The notes beneath the pieces are model-generated. The model was given only the letters and a program-made list of their open reading frames with translations. It did no database searches and was not told the DNA's origin. A program made the position numbers and the translations under genes. Positions 9,771 to 19,578 of a stretch of DNA of 64,000 bases are shown here, piece after piece. Source of the DNA: an uncultured Bartonella sp. (GTDB lineage Bacteria > Pseudomonadota > Alphaproteobacteria > Rhizobiales > Rhizobiaceae); the NCBI GenBank assembly GCA_945285915.1, contig CALYQL010000010.1, forward strand, positions 9,104 through 73,103. The letters run 5' to 3'. Positions within the stretch are counted from its first letter, which is position 1. Every line of letters begins with the position of its first letter.

Positions 9771-12578
9771 TTGAGTTTTGGTATGAGGCAATCATTGGGA
9801 TTGCCGCAATCTAGTTTGAGTGCCATGCGTAATCTGAAAACAAATCCTGTATCTGCTCGTCCATCGGCTAATCGTGCAGAACCATCCAATTCAAAAAAAG
9901 CGGCAACAGAAGCTGATCAGGCTATTGTACCGGCTTATCCAACAATATGGAAAAAGGCTTTTGCATTAGGACAAAATGTGCGTTTTACACGCACGCCTGA
10001 AGTTGAACTTTTGCGCAAGCGCATTGAAAATGATCCGGCATTCGCCGAAAAAATGAAAGCTTTTGCGGACGAACAAAAGCGGCGTCGGGAAAATGCTTCG
10101 CGTAATTCGATGGAAATTATTGAACAGCAGCAGACAAAGAGTGTTGCTTCTGACCCAATTTCTGAAAAGGCTGTTGAACCTGCCAGTGAGGCCGACTCAA
10201 ATAGTACTGTGCCAATGTTGGAGCCAGAAGAATCGGATATTCTTGCCGAAATTTTCGAAGATAGCGATTCAGTGACGGATAATACTGCTCCAACTTTAGC
10301 TCATACCAATAAACCTCTTTACCTTTCAGATTCTGCTTTTTTTGAAGTTGGACCATTTTTATTCGACAATATTCACTCTGACGCATCGCAAACCGACCAA
10401 TTGCATTCGCTTGAGAAAAATTCACCAGCTCAGGCAGGTAATATACAGCCTCATACAGATGTTAAGGTAGATAATCATAGCTCGATCACCGATTTGTATC
10501 GGGTTCTTGAATGTCGATTTTCAAAGAATAGACATCAGCAAGAATCTCAGAGCAACATTGTCGATGAGCTACTAGTATCGACAGATGGCAACCAAGTTAA
10601 GACAGGTGTAACTGCGCCTATTCAAGCTGTTCCACAAACCTCTTCGCAAGTTCATGAACAAATAACAGATCAGAATAGTGCAAATGTTCATGATGTTGTG
10701 CAACATGACAATGTTGTGACTGTTAATGTTCATGAAACGCCGGTTTCTGATCCGGTCAATGAAACAGTAGAGAACGATACATTAAACCAATCAAATGAGA
10801 CAATTGTTGAACCTGAAATTCAGGCTCCTGTCCAACACGTTGCTGAAGATGTAAAGCCTGTCATTGTTGACAATACAGCGACATCAAATGTCGTTCCTGA
10901 AATTCATCAAACAGTTGAACAACAAGCTGTTGCTCCAATACCGCATGAAAGTCATCGTGCGGCGCCAACGATGGCAAAAATTTCCGCGCCATTTCGTACA
11001 TTAAATCCGGCTTTCATTCCAAGTCCTAAAGCCGATCATGATGGTTCTTATGTTTTTCCATCAATTGATCTGTTACAGCAGCCAGTCTATCAGGATGGTG
11101 CTATAATATCACAGGAAACATTGGAACGCAGCGCTGGTCTGTTGGAAAGTGTATTGGAAGATTTTGGCATCAAGGGTGAAATTATCCATGTTCGCCCAGG
11201 TCCTGTCGTAACAATGTACGAGTTTGAGCCTGCTGCTGGCGTCAAATCATCTCGTGTCATCGGTCTTTCTGATGATATTGCTCGTTCAATGTCTGCTATT
11301 TCAGCGCGCGTTGCTGTTATTCCTGGACGGAATGTGATTGGTATCGAGCTACCGAACAAGGTTCGTGAAACAGTTTATTTACGGGAATTAATTCAATCCA
11401 AGGCGTTTCAAGACAGTAATTTTAAATTACCATTAGCATTGGGCAAAAACATTGGTGGTGAACCTGTAATTGCCGAATTGGCCAAGATGCCGCATCTTTT
11501 GGTTGCAGGCACGACAGGTTCGGGTAAATCAGTTGCTATTAATGCAATGATTTTATCACTCCTCTATCGGCTTAAGCCAGAACAATGCCGCCTTATTATG
11601 GTTGATCCGAAAATGCTGGAATTATCTATTTATGATGGAATTCCACATCTTTTGACACCAGTGGTAACCGATCCCAAGAAAGCAGTAACAGCACTGAAAT
11701 GGGCTGTACGTGAAATGGAAGATCGCTATCGCAAAATGGCGAAACTTGGTGTGCGTAATATTGATGGTTTCAATGCACGTGTAACGACAGCTGTTGAAAA
11801 AGGAGAAACCATCACCTGCACAGTGCAATCCGGCTTTGATAAAGAAACGGGCGAAATGCTCTATCATGAAGAAGCGATGGACTTGTCAAAACTGCCATAT
11901 ATTGTTGTCATTGTTGACGAAATGGCGGATCTTATGATGGTTGCCGGTAAAGAGATTGAAGGTGCAATACAACGTTTGGCACAAATGGCGCGTGCTGCAG
12001 GTATTCATCTTATCATGGCAACACAGCGACCATCGGTAGATGTTATCACAGGGACGATCAAAGCGAATTTCCCAACGCGTATATCATTTCAGGTTACCTC
12101 CAAGATTGATAGCCGTACCATTCTGGGCGAACAAGGTGCAGAAACGCTGCTTGGGCAGGGTGATATGTTGCATATGGTGGGCGGCGGACGCATTGTTCGT
12201 GTTCATGGTCCATTTGTTTCCGATGAAGAAGTCGAACATGTTGTAGCGCATCTTAAAACACAAGGTACGCCTGATTATCTTGCAACAGTAACTGACGGTG
12301 AAGATGAGGAAGAAACAATAGAAGACGCCGATTCTATTGCAGATATTGTTGCTGCTGGTAATGCCGGTGAAAACGCGGAAGAGCTGTACTTACAAGCTGT
12401 TAAAGTTGTTATGCGTGATAAGAAATGTTCAACATCGTATATACAGCGCCGTTTGGCTATAGGTTATAACAAAGCCGCATCGTTGGTTGAACGTATGGAA
12501 GAAGAAGGCATTGTTGGACCAGCCAACCATGTTGGGAAACGAGAAATTCTTCTCAATCATGGCCGCGATAGTTTTTAA
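9771..12578 (+). CDS. ftsK: FtsK/SpoIIIE-family DNA translocase with gamma (KOPS-type wHTH) domain but no N-terminal transmembrane segments
   Basis: The 935-aa ORF opens with TTG at 9771; internal ATGs are possible starts. It has Walker A ([11 protein letters not shown]), Walker B ([11 protein letters not shown]), and a C-terminal gamma domain ([43 protein letters not shown]). The first ~430 aa are polar, Q/V/N/E-rich and low-complexity, with no hydrophobic helix. Confidence 0.85.
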   Translation: MSFGMRQSLGLPQSSLSAMRNLKTNPVSARPSANRAEPSNSKKAATEADQAIVPAYPTIWKKAFALGQNVRFTRTPEVELLRKRIENDPAFAEKMKAFADEQKRRRENASRNSMEIIEQQQTKSVASDPISEKAVEPASEADSNSTVPMLEPEESDILAEIFEDSDSVTDNTAPTLAHTNKPLYLSDSAFFEVGPFLFDNIHSDASQTDQLHSLEKNSPAQAGNIQPHTDVKVDNHSSITDLYRVLECRFSKNRHQQESQSNIVDELLVSTDGNQVKTGVTAPIQAVPQTSSQVHEQITDQNSANVHDVVQHDNVVTVNVHETPVSDPVNETVENDTLNQSNETIVEPEIQAPVQHVAEDVKPVIVDNTATSNVVPEIHQTVEQQAVAPIPHESHRAAPTMAKISAPFRTLNPAFIPSPKADHDGSYVFPSIDLLQQPVYQDGAIISQETLERSAGLLESVLEDFGIKGEIIHVRPGPVVTMYEFEPAAGVKSSRVIGLSDDIARSMSAISARVAVIPGRNVIGIELPNKVRETVYLRELIQSKAFQDSNFKLPLALGKNIGGEPVIAELAKMPHLLVAGTTGSGKSVAINAMILSLLYRLKPEQCRLIMVDPKMLELSIYDGIPHLLTPVVTDPKKAVTALKWAVREMEDRYRKMAKLGVRNIDGFNARVTTAVEKGETITCTVQSGFDKETGEMLYHEEAMDLSKLPYIVVIVDEMADLMMVAGKEIEGAIQRLAQMARAAGIHLIMATQRPSVDVITGTIKANFPTRISFQVTSKIDSRTILGEQGAETLLGQGDMLHMVGGGRIVRVHGPFVSDEEVEHVVAHLKTQGTPDYLATVTDGEDEEETIEDADSIADIVAAGNAGENAEELYLQAVKVVMRDKKCSTSYIQRRLAIGYNKAASLVERMEEEGIVGPANHVGKREILLNHGRDSF

Positions 12579-12606
12579 AATACGGTCAATAACTATGTAA
12601 ATTGAT

Positions 12607-12639
12607 AAAAAGCGCAAATCATTTGGTTTGCGCTTTTTT
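12607..12639 (+). terminator. Intrinsic terminator after ftsK
   Basis: AAAAAGCGCAAA-tcatttgg-TTTGCGCTTTTT is a GC-cored stem followed by a T-run. Confidence 0.8.
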
Positions 12640-12759
12640 ACTGGTATGTGCTGCAATTAATTGGTCGCGTTATCCGTATTTCGTTGTTTACTCTTTGAGG
12701 TTTTCTCTTTTGCTTGCTTACAACCTATTCTATAAATATTGGATAGCTTGTGATGATGC

Positions 12760-15045
12760 ATGGAGAAACCTTTGGCATTCTTAGACTTTTTGGCATGCAA
12801 AGAGATAAAAGACGCTTTTGTAAGTGGGCGTATGGCTTTTGTTTTGAGCGAGGGTCGACATAATCTTTTATGGCTTGATGGCAAAGCGGCAAAGTTTTTT
12901 GGGTTTTCGACACTTTCTGAAGCTCTGGAACATGAGCCATTTTTCAATATTACCATTAACCGCCAAATAGAAAACGGATTAACCAGCGGTCGTTCTGTTC
13001 TTTTGCGCGGTAAGCCTCAAGCCAAGTCCTTTATCCTGTCAAAAACAAATGTTTCTGGGGTCGGATCCGTTATTCTCGCTCAAGAAAACAATACAAACAA
13101 TTCACATGAGCCGGCATCACTTATTACAGGCTTGGCAGATAAGGATATTTCTGCTGCCATATTAGATGAAGACGGTAATATCGTTGCTTCTAGCGAAAAT
13201 TTTAAAAGTGATGGAGATACTACGCGAATTCTGTTGCAATCCATTGACAATGGTATGCCAGTTAAAACCGTTGTGAAACAACAGGATATGTCTGCTCAGG
13301 TTAGTGCAATACGCTTGAGAGATAATCCAGCCCAATATCTCGTCTTATCTGTAAATGTATCGAACCTTTTACCACAAAAGAATGAGATAAACATTGGCAA
13401 TGAAGATTCTGAAGAAAATTTGCGTTTCACATGGAAAATGGCGTCAGATGGCACTTTTAAAGAATTTTCTGAAACACTGTTAAATCAGCATTATATTGCA
13501 ACTGATAGATTGCTCAATCGTCAATTGGAAGTGTTGGCAACAGATTTTCATGAAACCGGCTTTTTAGATATTTCAGAAAATGTCTCAAAGTCCCAATCAT
13601 GGGATAATATAGAGCTTCAATTAAACAATCATGAAACCGGGCAAATACTCTCCATAACTCTGTCAGGAGTACCAATTTTTGATCTTAATGAAACATTACA
13701 AGGATTTCGTGGTTTTGGTACTTTAACTATCCCACCACAGAAATTAACAATTAGTGATGAGCCAGTCGTCGATGATGAAATGCTAACAGGTGGTCTTTCC
13801 TCATCGGAACGTTCAGCTTTTCGGGAAATTGCGGAAAGGCTTAAAAGTGAACTTCACTTGTCGATTCCTGATGGTCAGCATGATGCAATAAAACCTTTAC
13901 CAATACCTACAGCATTGTCTCATCAAGAAAATGAGCAGGCGGCATTTTTGCCGAAACGGTCTGCAATACTAAACCTTCTCGATACAGCGACAGATGGTGT
14001 TATCTGGTTAGATAAAAATGGTAATATTCAGGCGCTGAGTGACGCTGCATCGGCCTTAACTGGTTATGATAATGAAGATATTTTGCAACACGATTTTTCA
14101 ACCTTGTTTAGCATTTCAACAAGCGGCAGCATAAAAAAATATCTAAAAAGCCTTGATGTATCAGGTGCTGAACGGCTTTTTAACCGTGGCGAAAAAGCCG
14201 AGCTTAATACAAAAGATCAAACAAGTATCAAAGTGCTGGTTACTCTTGTGCCTCTATCTTCGGAGGAGGGATATGCTGCTTTATTGCGTGATATGACCAA
14301 TGTCGCACCTCAGGCTCAGGAACAATTCGATAATGAGGCACTTGCAGAAACAATCCATGAAATTCGAACGCCACTGAATGCTATGATAGGCTTTGCCGAT
14401 ATCATGCGCGAGGAAAGATTTGGTAAGATAGATAATGAGCGTTATCGTGGGTATCTGCGCGACATTGTTTCATCTGGTAAACATATTTTAACACTCGTCA
14501 ACAGGTTCTTGGATAAAGCCAAATCAAGACATGATGATAAGGAAAAATCGCCTCAGAATGTTGATAATCAACATTTTGATGTTGTTACACAATTAAGAAA
14601 ATCTGTTTCTCTGCTTGAAAATCAGGCCAATGAGAATGGTATTATCATTCGTGTTGTTATGCCTTCAAAAGTGCCATCTATCACAATTGATGCGCAGGAA
14701 TTTCGTCAAATTATCTGGAATATTCTTTCAAATTCTATTCGGTTTACTGCATCAGGTGGGCAAATCGTTGTGCATCTGGCATATACAGGAGCCAATTTCA
14801 TAAAAATATCTATTAGCGATAATGGTATTGGTATGAGTGAGGAAGAGATGGCCAGAGCATTAGAGCCATATGGGCAGATTAATCGTAGGGATAGTCGGCA
14901 AGGCGATGCTGTCTTTATTGGTACAGGGCTTGGACTACCCACTACAAAAAGCCTTGTCGAAAAAAACGGTGGCCGCTTTCTTCTTTTGTCAAAACCTAAT
15001 CAAGGCACAACAGTTGAGTTATTTTTTCCCGTTGTGCAAGGTTAA
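12760..15045 (+). CDS. PAS-domain sensor histidine kinase without receiver domain (PdhS/DivJ/PleC/CbrA-type, family assignment tentative)
   Basis: The 761-aa ORF has an H-box (HEIRTPLNAMIGFADIM), N-box (IWNILSNSIRFT), G1 (ISDNGIGM) and G2 (GTGLGLP). A PAS-like segment (ATDGVIWLDKNGNIQALSDAASALTGY) lies upstream. I see no TM segments. The N-terminal LLWLDGKAAKFFGF resembles rhizobial cell-cycle kinases; that comparison is from memory and was not searched. Confidence 0.8.
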   Translation: MEKPLAFLDFLACKEIKDAFVSGRMAFVLSEGRHNLLWLDGKAAKFFGFSTLSEALEHEPFFNITINRQIENGLTSGRSVLLRGKPQAKSFILSKTNVSGVGSVILAQENNTNNSHEPASLITGLADKDISAAILDEDGNIVASSENFKSDGDTTRILLQSIDNGMPVKTVVKQQDMSAQVSAIRLRDNPAQYLVLSVNVSNLLPQKNEINIGNEDSEENLRFTWKMASDGTFKEFSETLLNQHYIATDRLLNRQLEVLATDFHETGFLDISENVSKSQSWDNIELQLNNHETGQILSITLSGVPIFDLNETLQGFRGFGTLTIPPQKLTISDEPVVDDEMLTGGLSSSERSAFREIAERLKSELHLSIPDGQHDAIKPLPIPTALSHQENEQAAFLPKRSAILNLLDTATDGVIWLDKNGNIQALSDAASALTGYDNEDILQHDFSTLFSISTSGSIKKYLKSLDVSGAERLFNRGEKAELNTKDQTSIKVLVTLVPLSSEEGYAALLRDMTNVAPQAQEQFDNEALAETIHEIRTPLNAMIGFADIMREERFGKIDNERYRGYLRDIVSSGKHILTLVNRFLDKAKSRHDDKEKSPQNVDNQHFDVVTQLRKSVSLLENQANENGIIIRVVMPSKVPSITIDAQEFRQIIWNILSNSIRFTASGGQIVVHLAYTGANFIKISISDNGIGMSEEEMARALEPYGQINRRDSRQGDAVFIGTGLGLPTTKSLVEKNGGRFLLLSKPNQGTTVELFFPVVQG

Positions 15046-15091
15046 TTTCGATATTTTAAAGATCGTGTTTCTGAAGCAGATTTGACCAAAC

Positions 15092-15526
15092 TCATTTGGT
15101 TTTATTGGCTAACAGATCGCGAATTTCGGTAAGAAGTTGTTCATCACGAGGAGGCTCTTGTGGTTTAGGGGCCGCTTCTTGTTTGCGGTGCATAGCGTTT
15201 AATGCTTTGACGATAACAAACAGCACCCATGCAATAATCAGAAAATTAATGAGAAGGGTGATGAAATGCCCATAAGCGATCGTGGCACCAGCTTTTCTCG
15301 CTGCATCTAACGTTGTCTGCTTTTCGCCAGCAAGCTGAATAAACATGTTGGAGAAGTCTATACCACCAGTAATCAATCCAATAACTGGCATCAAAAGATC
15401 GTTGACAATCGAATTGACGAGACCACCAAATGCGCCACCGATGATAACACCGATTGCCAAATCAACCATATTGCCTTTGAGAGCAAATTCTTTGAATTCT
15501 TTAAGCATTTTTCCACTTTCAGACAA
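15092..15526 (-). CDS. mscL: Large-conductance mechanosensitive channel MscL
   Basis: The 144-aa ORF has the N-terminus [28 protein letters not shown] and two TM helices, as is typical of MscL. Confidence 0.95.
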   Translation of the reverse strand: MSESGKMLKEFKEFALKGNMVDLAIGVIIGGAFGGLVNSIVNDLLMPVIGLITGGIDFSNMFIQLAGEKQTTLDAARKAGATIAYGHFITLLINFLIIAWVLFVIVKALNAMHRKQEAAPKPQEPPRDEQLLTEIRDLLANKTK

Positions 15527-15641
15527 GCTAAACGATAATTTTATTGCGTCTATATAGGCACGCGTACAAAATAGGATATCGCACTAAACTTGAAAGAAAA
15601 GGTTTATCTTAAGTTTTAATTGAGTAGAATTGATAGAAAAA

Positions 15642-16055
15642 TTAAAGAGAATTGTCCTTATAATCAGGGTTTGAGCGATCTTTATTGGCATCATCATGAA
15701 ATTTATCGAAAAAATACTTCATGATGCCATAGGCTTGGTCTAAATCCTGCTTTGTTGGCAAATTGGACTTGTTCTCTTGTTTGTTCTGTTCAAGTGTAGC
15801 AATTTTTTCCTTTAATGCTTTTATCTCTTGTTCATAATGTGCGCGATCATCATTGGACAATGCGCAATTAATGATGCCGTCTTTTTCGCTACATTTGTCG
15901 ATACTTCCTGTTTCACCATCAAAACGCAAAATTCCATTATCTGTTTTTTGAAATTGAAAGCGATTTTCAGACGCTTGGGCTTGAGACAATGTTGGTACAG
16001 CGAATAACGAGAGGGCTGTGATTAACAGAACTTTTTCAAAGAAAGATTTGGTCAT
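15642..16055 (-). CDS. Hypothetical secreted/periplasmic protein (signal peptide, two Cys, coiled-coil segment)
   Basis: The ORF track gives 15642..16139. I chose the ATG at 16055 (MTKSFFEKVLLITALSLFAVPTLSQA), which is preceded by an AAGGAA SD. The signal-peptide-like N-terminus ends in SQA-QA. Confidence 0.6.
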   Translation of the reverse strand: MTKSFFEKVLLITALSLFAVPTLSQAQASENRFQFQKTDNGILRFDGETGSIDKCSEKDGIINCALSNDDRAHYEQEIKALKEKIATLEQNKQENKSNLPTKQDLDQAYGIMKYFFDKFHDDANKDRSNPDYKDNSL

Positions 16056-16153
16056 TTTTATTCCTTGGTTCAAAAACATACTTCCCTTATATAGGGTGTT
16101 ATTCGAATAAATTCTGAATAAACGACAAAAATGCGGCATAGGCTAATTTTGAT

Positions 16154-16501
16154 ATGGCTCTAATTTATAAAATAGTTCCTCAAATTGAGTGGGACGCAGC
16201 AGAGAAGACAGGTGTGTTTACGGGTTCACCCGTTGATGTGAAGGATGGATTTATTCATTTTTCCACTGCAGATCAGGTGGCTGAAACAGCGGACAAGCAC
16301 TTTAAGGGCTTATCAAATCTGTTGCTTGTTACCGTTGATGAAGACTTATTGGATTCTGATGCGTTGAAATATGAGATATCAAGAGGGGGAGATCTGTTCC
16401 CGCATCTTTATGGGGCACTTGCGCTTGATAGCGTTGTTGGCGTTGCAAAATTTGAAGCGAATGAGCAGGGGCTGTTCAGTTTTTCGGAGGTTATGTCATG
16501 A
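16154..16501 (+). CDS. DUF952 domain-containing protein
   Basis: The 115-aa ORF shows the pattern IYKI..W......[14 protein letters not shown].........LLV.VD...L...L.YE.SRGG.LFPHLYG, which I recognise as DUF952. Its stop overlaps the pyrD start (ATGA at 16498-16501). Confidence 0.75.
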   Translation: MALIYKIVPQIEWDAAEKTGVFTGSPVDVKDGFIHFSTADQVAETADKHFKGLSNLLLVTVDEDLLDSDALKYEISRGGDLFPHLYGALALDSVVGVAKFEANEQGLFSFSEVMS

Positions 16502-17586
16502 ATTTCTTTCGTACCTTCATGAGACCTATAATTTTTCAATTTTCACCTGAATTCGGGCACAGTATGGCAATAGCTGCTTTGAAAACAGGGGTGGGAATTA
16601 GCAAACAAATAAGTGATAAACGCCTTGCTGTTAAAGTAGCAGGTCTTGAATTTCCTAATTTTCTAGGACTGGCAGCTGGTTTTGATAAAAATGCTGAAAT
16701 ACCTGATGCGATACTGCGGTTGGGATTTGGTTTTACCGAAGTCGGCACAATCACACCGAAGCCACAGGCAGGTAATCCTAAACCAAGATTGTTCAGATTG
16801 GTTGAAGACGAAGCTGTTATTAACAGAATGGGATTTAACAATCAGGGACACGATTCGACATATCATCGTTTAAATACTCGAAAACGTCAGGGAATTGTTG
16901 GTGTTAATATTGGTGCCAATAAGGGTTCAGCTGATAGAATTAACGATTATGCCCTAGGCATTAAGCGATTTTATGATGTGGCAGATTATTTTGTTGTCAA
17001 TATATCTTCACCCAATACTCCGGGGTTACGAAATCTTCAGGCAAAAGATAGTTTGAAGGAGCTTCTATCTGCAATCAGTGAAGCGAGAGCTGCTGAAAAA
17101 GCAAAAGCGAATAGTCTTGTGCCTGTTTTTTTGAAAATTGCGCCTGACTTAAGTGAAACAGGGTTGGATGATATTGCGGATCAAATTCTGGCTTCTGACC
17201 TTGATGGTGTTATCGTTTCCAACACAACATTATCGCGTACAGGGTTGAAAAATACATCTTTCGTGAATGAAGCAGGAGGTCTTTCAGGTAAGCCTCTGTT
17301 TGAACGCTCAACCATTGTCCTTGCTAAAATGCGTGAAAGATTGGGCAAAAATATGCCGATAATAGGCGTCGGTGGAGTTCGGGATTGTGAAACAGCAATT
17401 GAAAAGATTAAAGCGGGTGCCGATCTTGTGCAGCTCTATAGTGCTTTGGTTTATGAAGGCACGACACTTGCGTCAGATATTCTAAAAGCAACTGTCAAAA
17501 CCATGCAAAAGGATGGTATTAATTCAATCTTGGACTATCGCGATCAAACGACAAAAGAGTGGGCGAAACGCGATATACCAGCATAA
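16498..17586 (+). CDS. pyrD: Dihydroorotate dehydrogenase (quinone), class 2
   Basis: The 362-aa ORF has the motifs [26 protein letters not shown] and GVGGV. Confidence 0.95.
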   Translation: MNFFRTFMRPIIFQFSPEFGHSMAIAALKTGVGISKQISDKRLAVKVAGLEFPNFLGLAAGFDKNAEIPDAILRLGFGFTEVGTITPKPQAGNPKPRLFRLVEDEAVINRMGFNNQGHDSTYHRLNTRKRQGIVGVNIGANKGSADRINDYALGIKRFYDVADYFVVNISSPNTPGLRNLQAKDSLKELLSAISEARAAEKAKANSLVPVFLKIAPDLSETGLDDIADQILASDLDGVIVSNTTLSRTGLKNTSFVNEAGGLSGKPLFERSTIVLAKMRERLGKNMPIIGVGGVRDCETAIEKIKAGADLVQLYSALVYEGTTLASDILKATVKTMQKDGINSILDYRDQTTKEWAKRDIPA

Positions 17587-17688
17587 GGTGATTTTTACTG
17601 CGGAAAAATTGGCAAGAAATTTGCTAAAACACTTGCAAAATTGTTCGATCTTCCGTATGTCACCGAGTGGAACGATTGTTCTGATTAT

Positions 17689-17765
17689 GCGGTTGTAGCT
17701 CAGTTGGTTAGAGCGCTGGTTTGTGGCACCAGAGGTCGTAGGTTCAACTCCTACCAACCGTACCA
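17689..17765 (+). tRNA. tRNA-His (anticodon GTG), CCA encoded; no encoded G-1, G1:U72 pair, A73
   Basis: Manual cloverleaf: acceptor GCGGTTG/CAACCGT, D arm GCTC-AGTTGGTTA-GAGC, anticodon arm CTGGT-TTGTGGC-ACCAG (GTG at positions 34-36), variable AGGTC, T arm GTAGG-TTCAACT-CCTAC, then ACCA. The base at -1 (17688) is T. Confidence 0.9.
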
Positions 17766-18142
17766 TCATTTCCATCAAAGCTTGTTTAAATAAATTACCA
17801 TGTAACAGCATGGTATATCTATCATTTTTGATGAGTTTTTAAAGATGGTCGCTAAGGCTTCCATGGTTCGCATCATTGGGTGCAAGCTTTAGCAATTCTT
17901 TGTTTGATATTCTTTGATTGCATTGAGAAGGCTTGTTTGAGTACTCTTTTGGGATGTTTTTTGATGTGCAATCAGAATGGAATAATCCAATATTGCAACA
18001 AAAATGAACTGACCTGATGTTCTGGCGTTATAGAGACGATAATAACGTTGGCTATTGGCAAAAAAACGTGGTTTTACCAAAAGGGTTGCAATAAAATAAC
18101 GTTAAATGAGAGAGCCTTCTTCATTGTTCAACTTGGTGTTTC

Positions 18143-19567
18143 ATGACAACTGATAACGACTCAACAACAAATAATACCGAATCAGACACTTCTTCCTATT
18201 TGAAAAACATATTTGGGGTAGGCAATTGGCGCGAAGCGTCCGAATGGCTGGCCTTGCGTGGTATCGAGGATATTGAATGTATTACACCAGATCAGGCGGG
18301 TGTAGCGCGCGGCAAAATGATGCCATCAAAGAAATTTACCTCAAACACATCTTTGGCGCTGCCATCTGCTGTATTTATGGCGACCATTACAGGTGATTAT
18401 CCGGAAGATGGCAATGGCTTCCAGTATCCAGAAAACGATGGTGATTTGCGACTGGAACCAGATCTTGCGACATTAAGTGTTGTTCCATGGGAAGATGATC
18501 CTACGGCACAGGTCATTTGTGATATCGTTTACCAGAATGGCTCACGCGTGGAATTTACGCCGCGAAATGTCTTACGTAGCATTGTTGAGGCTTATACAAA
18601 TTTAGGTTTAAAGCCGGTTGTTGCACCGGAAATTGAATTTTATCTTGTACAAAATAATCCTGATCCGGATTACCCTCTGACACCACCAGTTGGCCGTTCG
18701 GGGCGTGCTATTGGTGGAGGACAGGGCTATTCCATTGCAGGCGTCAATGAATTTGATGAACTGATTGATGATATGTATCATTTTTCTGAAGCACAAGGTT
18801 TAGAAATTGATACACTGATTCACGAAGAAGGTGCAGGACAGCTGGAAATCAACTTGCGCCATGGTGATCCCGTTGAGCTTGCCGATCAGGTTTTTCTATT
18901 TAAACGTACTATACGTGAAGCTGCGTTAAAGCATGATATGTATGCAACTTTTATGGCAAAACCTATTCAGGGGCAGCCTGGTTCAGCAATGCATATACAC
19001 CAGTCTATTGTTGATATAGAAACTGGAAATAACATTTTTACCAATGCCGATAATAATGAAAGTGAAGCATTTTATCATTTTATCGGTGGTTTACAAAAAC
19101 ACATGGCGAATGCGCTGGTTATGTTGGCGCCTTATGTCAATTCCTATCGGCGGCTTGTGCCAGATGTGTCGGCACCCGTCAATTTGCGTTGGGGTTATGA
19201 TAATCGCACCACCGCTTTTCGCGTCCCACGTTCCGATCCGCAATCAAGACGCGTGGAAAACCGTCTTCCATCTTCTGATGCAAATCCCTATCTTGCTTTG
19301 GCCGCCTCATTGGCATGTGGTTTGATAGGTTTGCAGGATAAGATTAGACCAGATGAACCAGCGACCGATACTGTCAATCTTAATCACATAGAATTGCCAC
19401 GCGGATTGGTGGAAGCGGTTGCTTTGTTTGAAGATGACAAACGCTTACGTGCAGTGTTAGGCGATGCGTTTGTAACAACTTATGCTGCGATAAAAAGACA
19501 AGAATTTGAAACTTTCATGGAAGTGATTAGTCCATGGGAGCGCGAATATCTTTTGTTGAATGTTTAG
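18143..19567 (+). CDS. Glutamine synthetase family protein, PuuA-like gamma-glutamyl-polyamine synthetase
   Basis: The 474-aa ORF has a GS catalytic-domain pattern (EIEFYL, HEEGAGQLEIN, MAKP..G.PGSAMHIHQS, NRTTAFRVP, ENRLPSSDANPYL). It is followed 12 nt later by an FAD amine-oxidase-type gene, as in the puuA-puuB logic. Confidence 0.8.
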   Translation: MTTDNDSTTNNTESDTSSYLKNIFGVGNWREASEWLALRGIEDIECITPDQAGVARGKMMPSKKFTSNTSLALPSAVFMATITGDYPEDGNGFQYPENDGDLRLEPDLATLSVVPWEDDPTAQVICDIVYQNGSRVEFTPRNVLRSIVEAYTNLGLKPVVAPEIEFYLVQNNPDPDYPLTPPVGRSGRAIGGGQGYSIAGVNEFDELIDDMYHFSEAQGLEIDTLIHEEGAGQLEINLRHGDPVELADQVFLFKRTIREAALKHDMYATFMAKPIQGQPGSAMHIHQSIVDIETGNNIFTNADNNESEAFYHFIGGLQKHMANALVMLAPYVNSYRRLVPDVSAPVNLRWGYDNRTTAFRVPRSDPQSRRVENRLPSSDANPYLALAASLACGLIGLQDKIRPDEPATDTVNLNHIELPRGLVEAVALFEDDKRLRAVLGDAFVTTYAAIKRQEFETFMEVISPWEREYLLLNV

Positions 19568-19578
19568 GAAACACCTCG

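Noticed and set aside
17766-18142. This covers a possible integration scar or integrase remnant next to tRNA-His, namely the 63-aa ORF at 17889..18080 (-).
   Set aside because: A tRNA 3' flank is a classic island insertion site. Part of the ORF (RYYRLYNARTSGQFIFVAILDYSILIAHQK) vaguely recalls the N-terminal arm-binding domain of P4-type integrases. However, I see no catalytic integrase motifs, no room for the rest of the gene, and no direct repeat of the tRNA 3' end nearby. The downstream genes are core metabolism.
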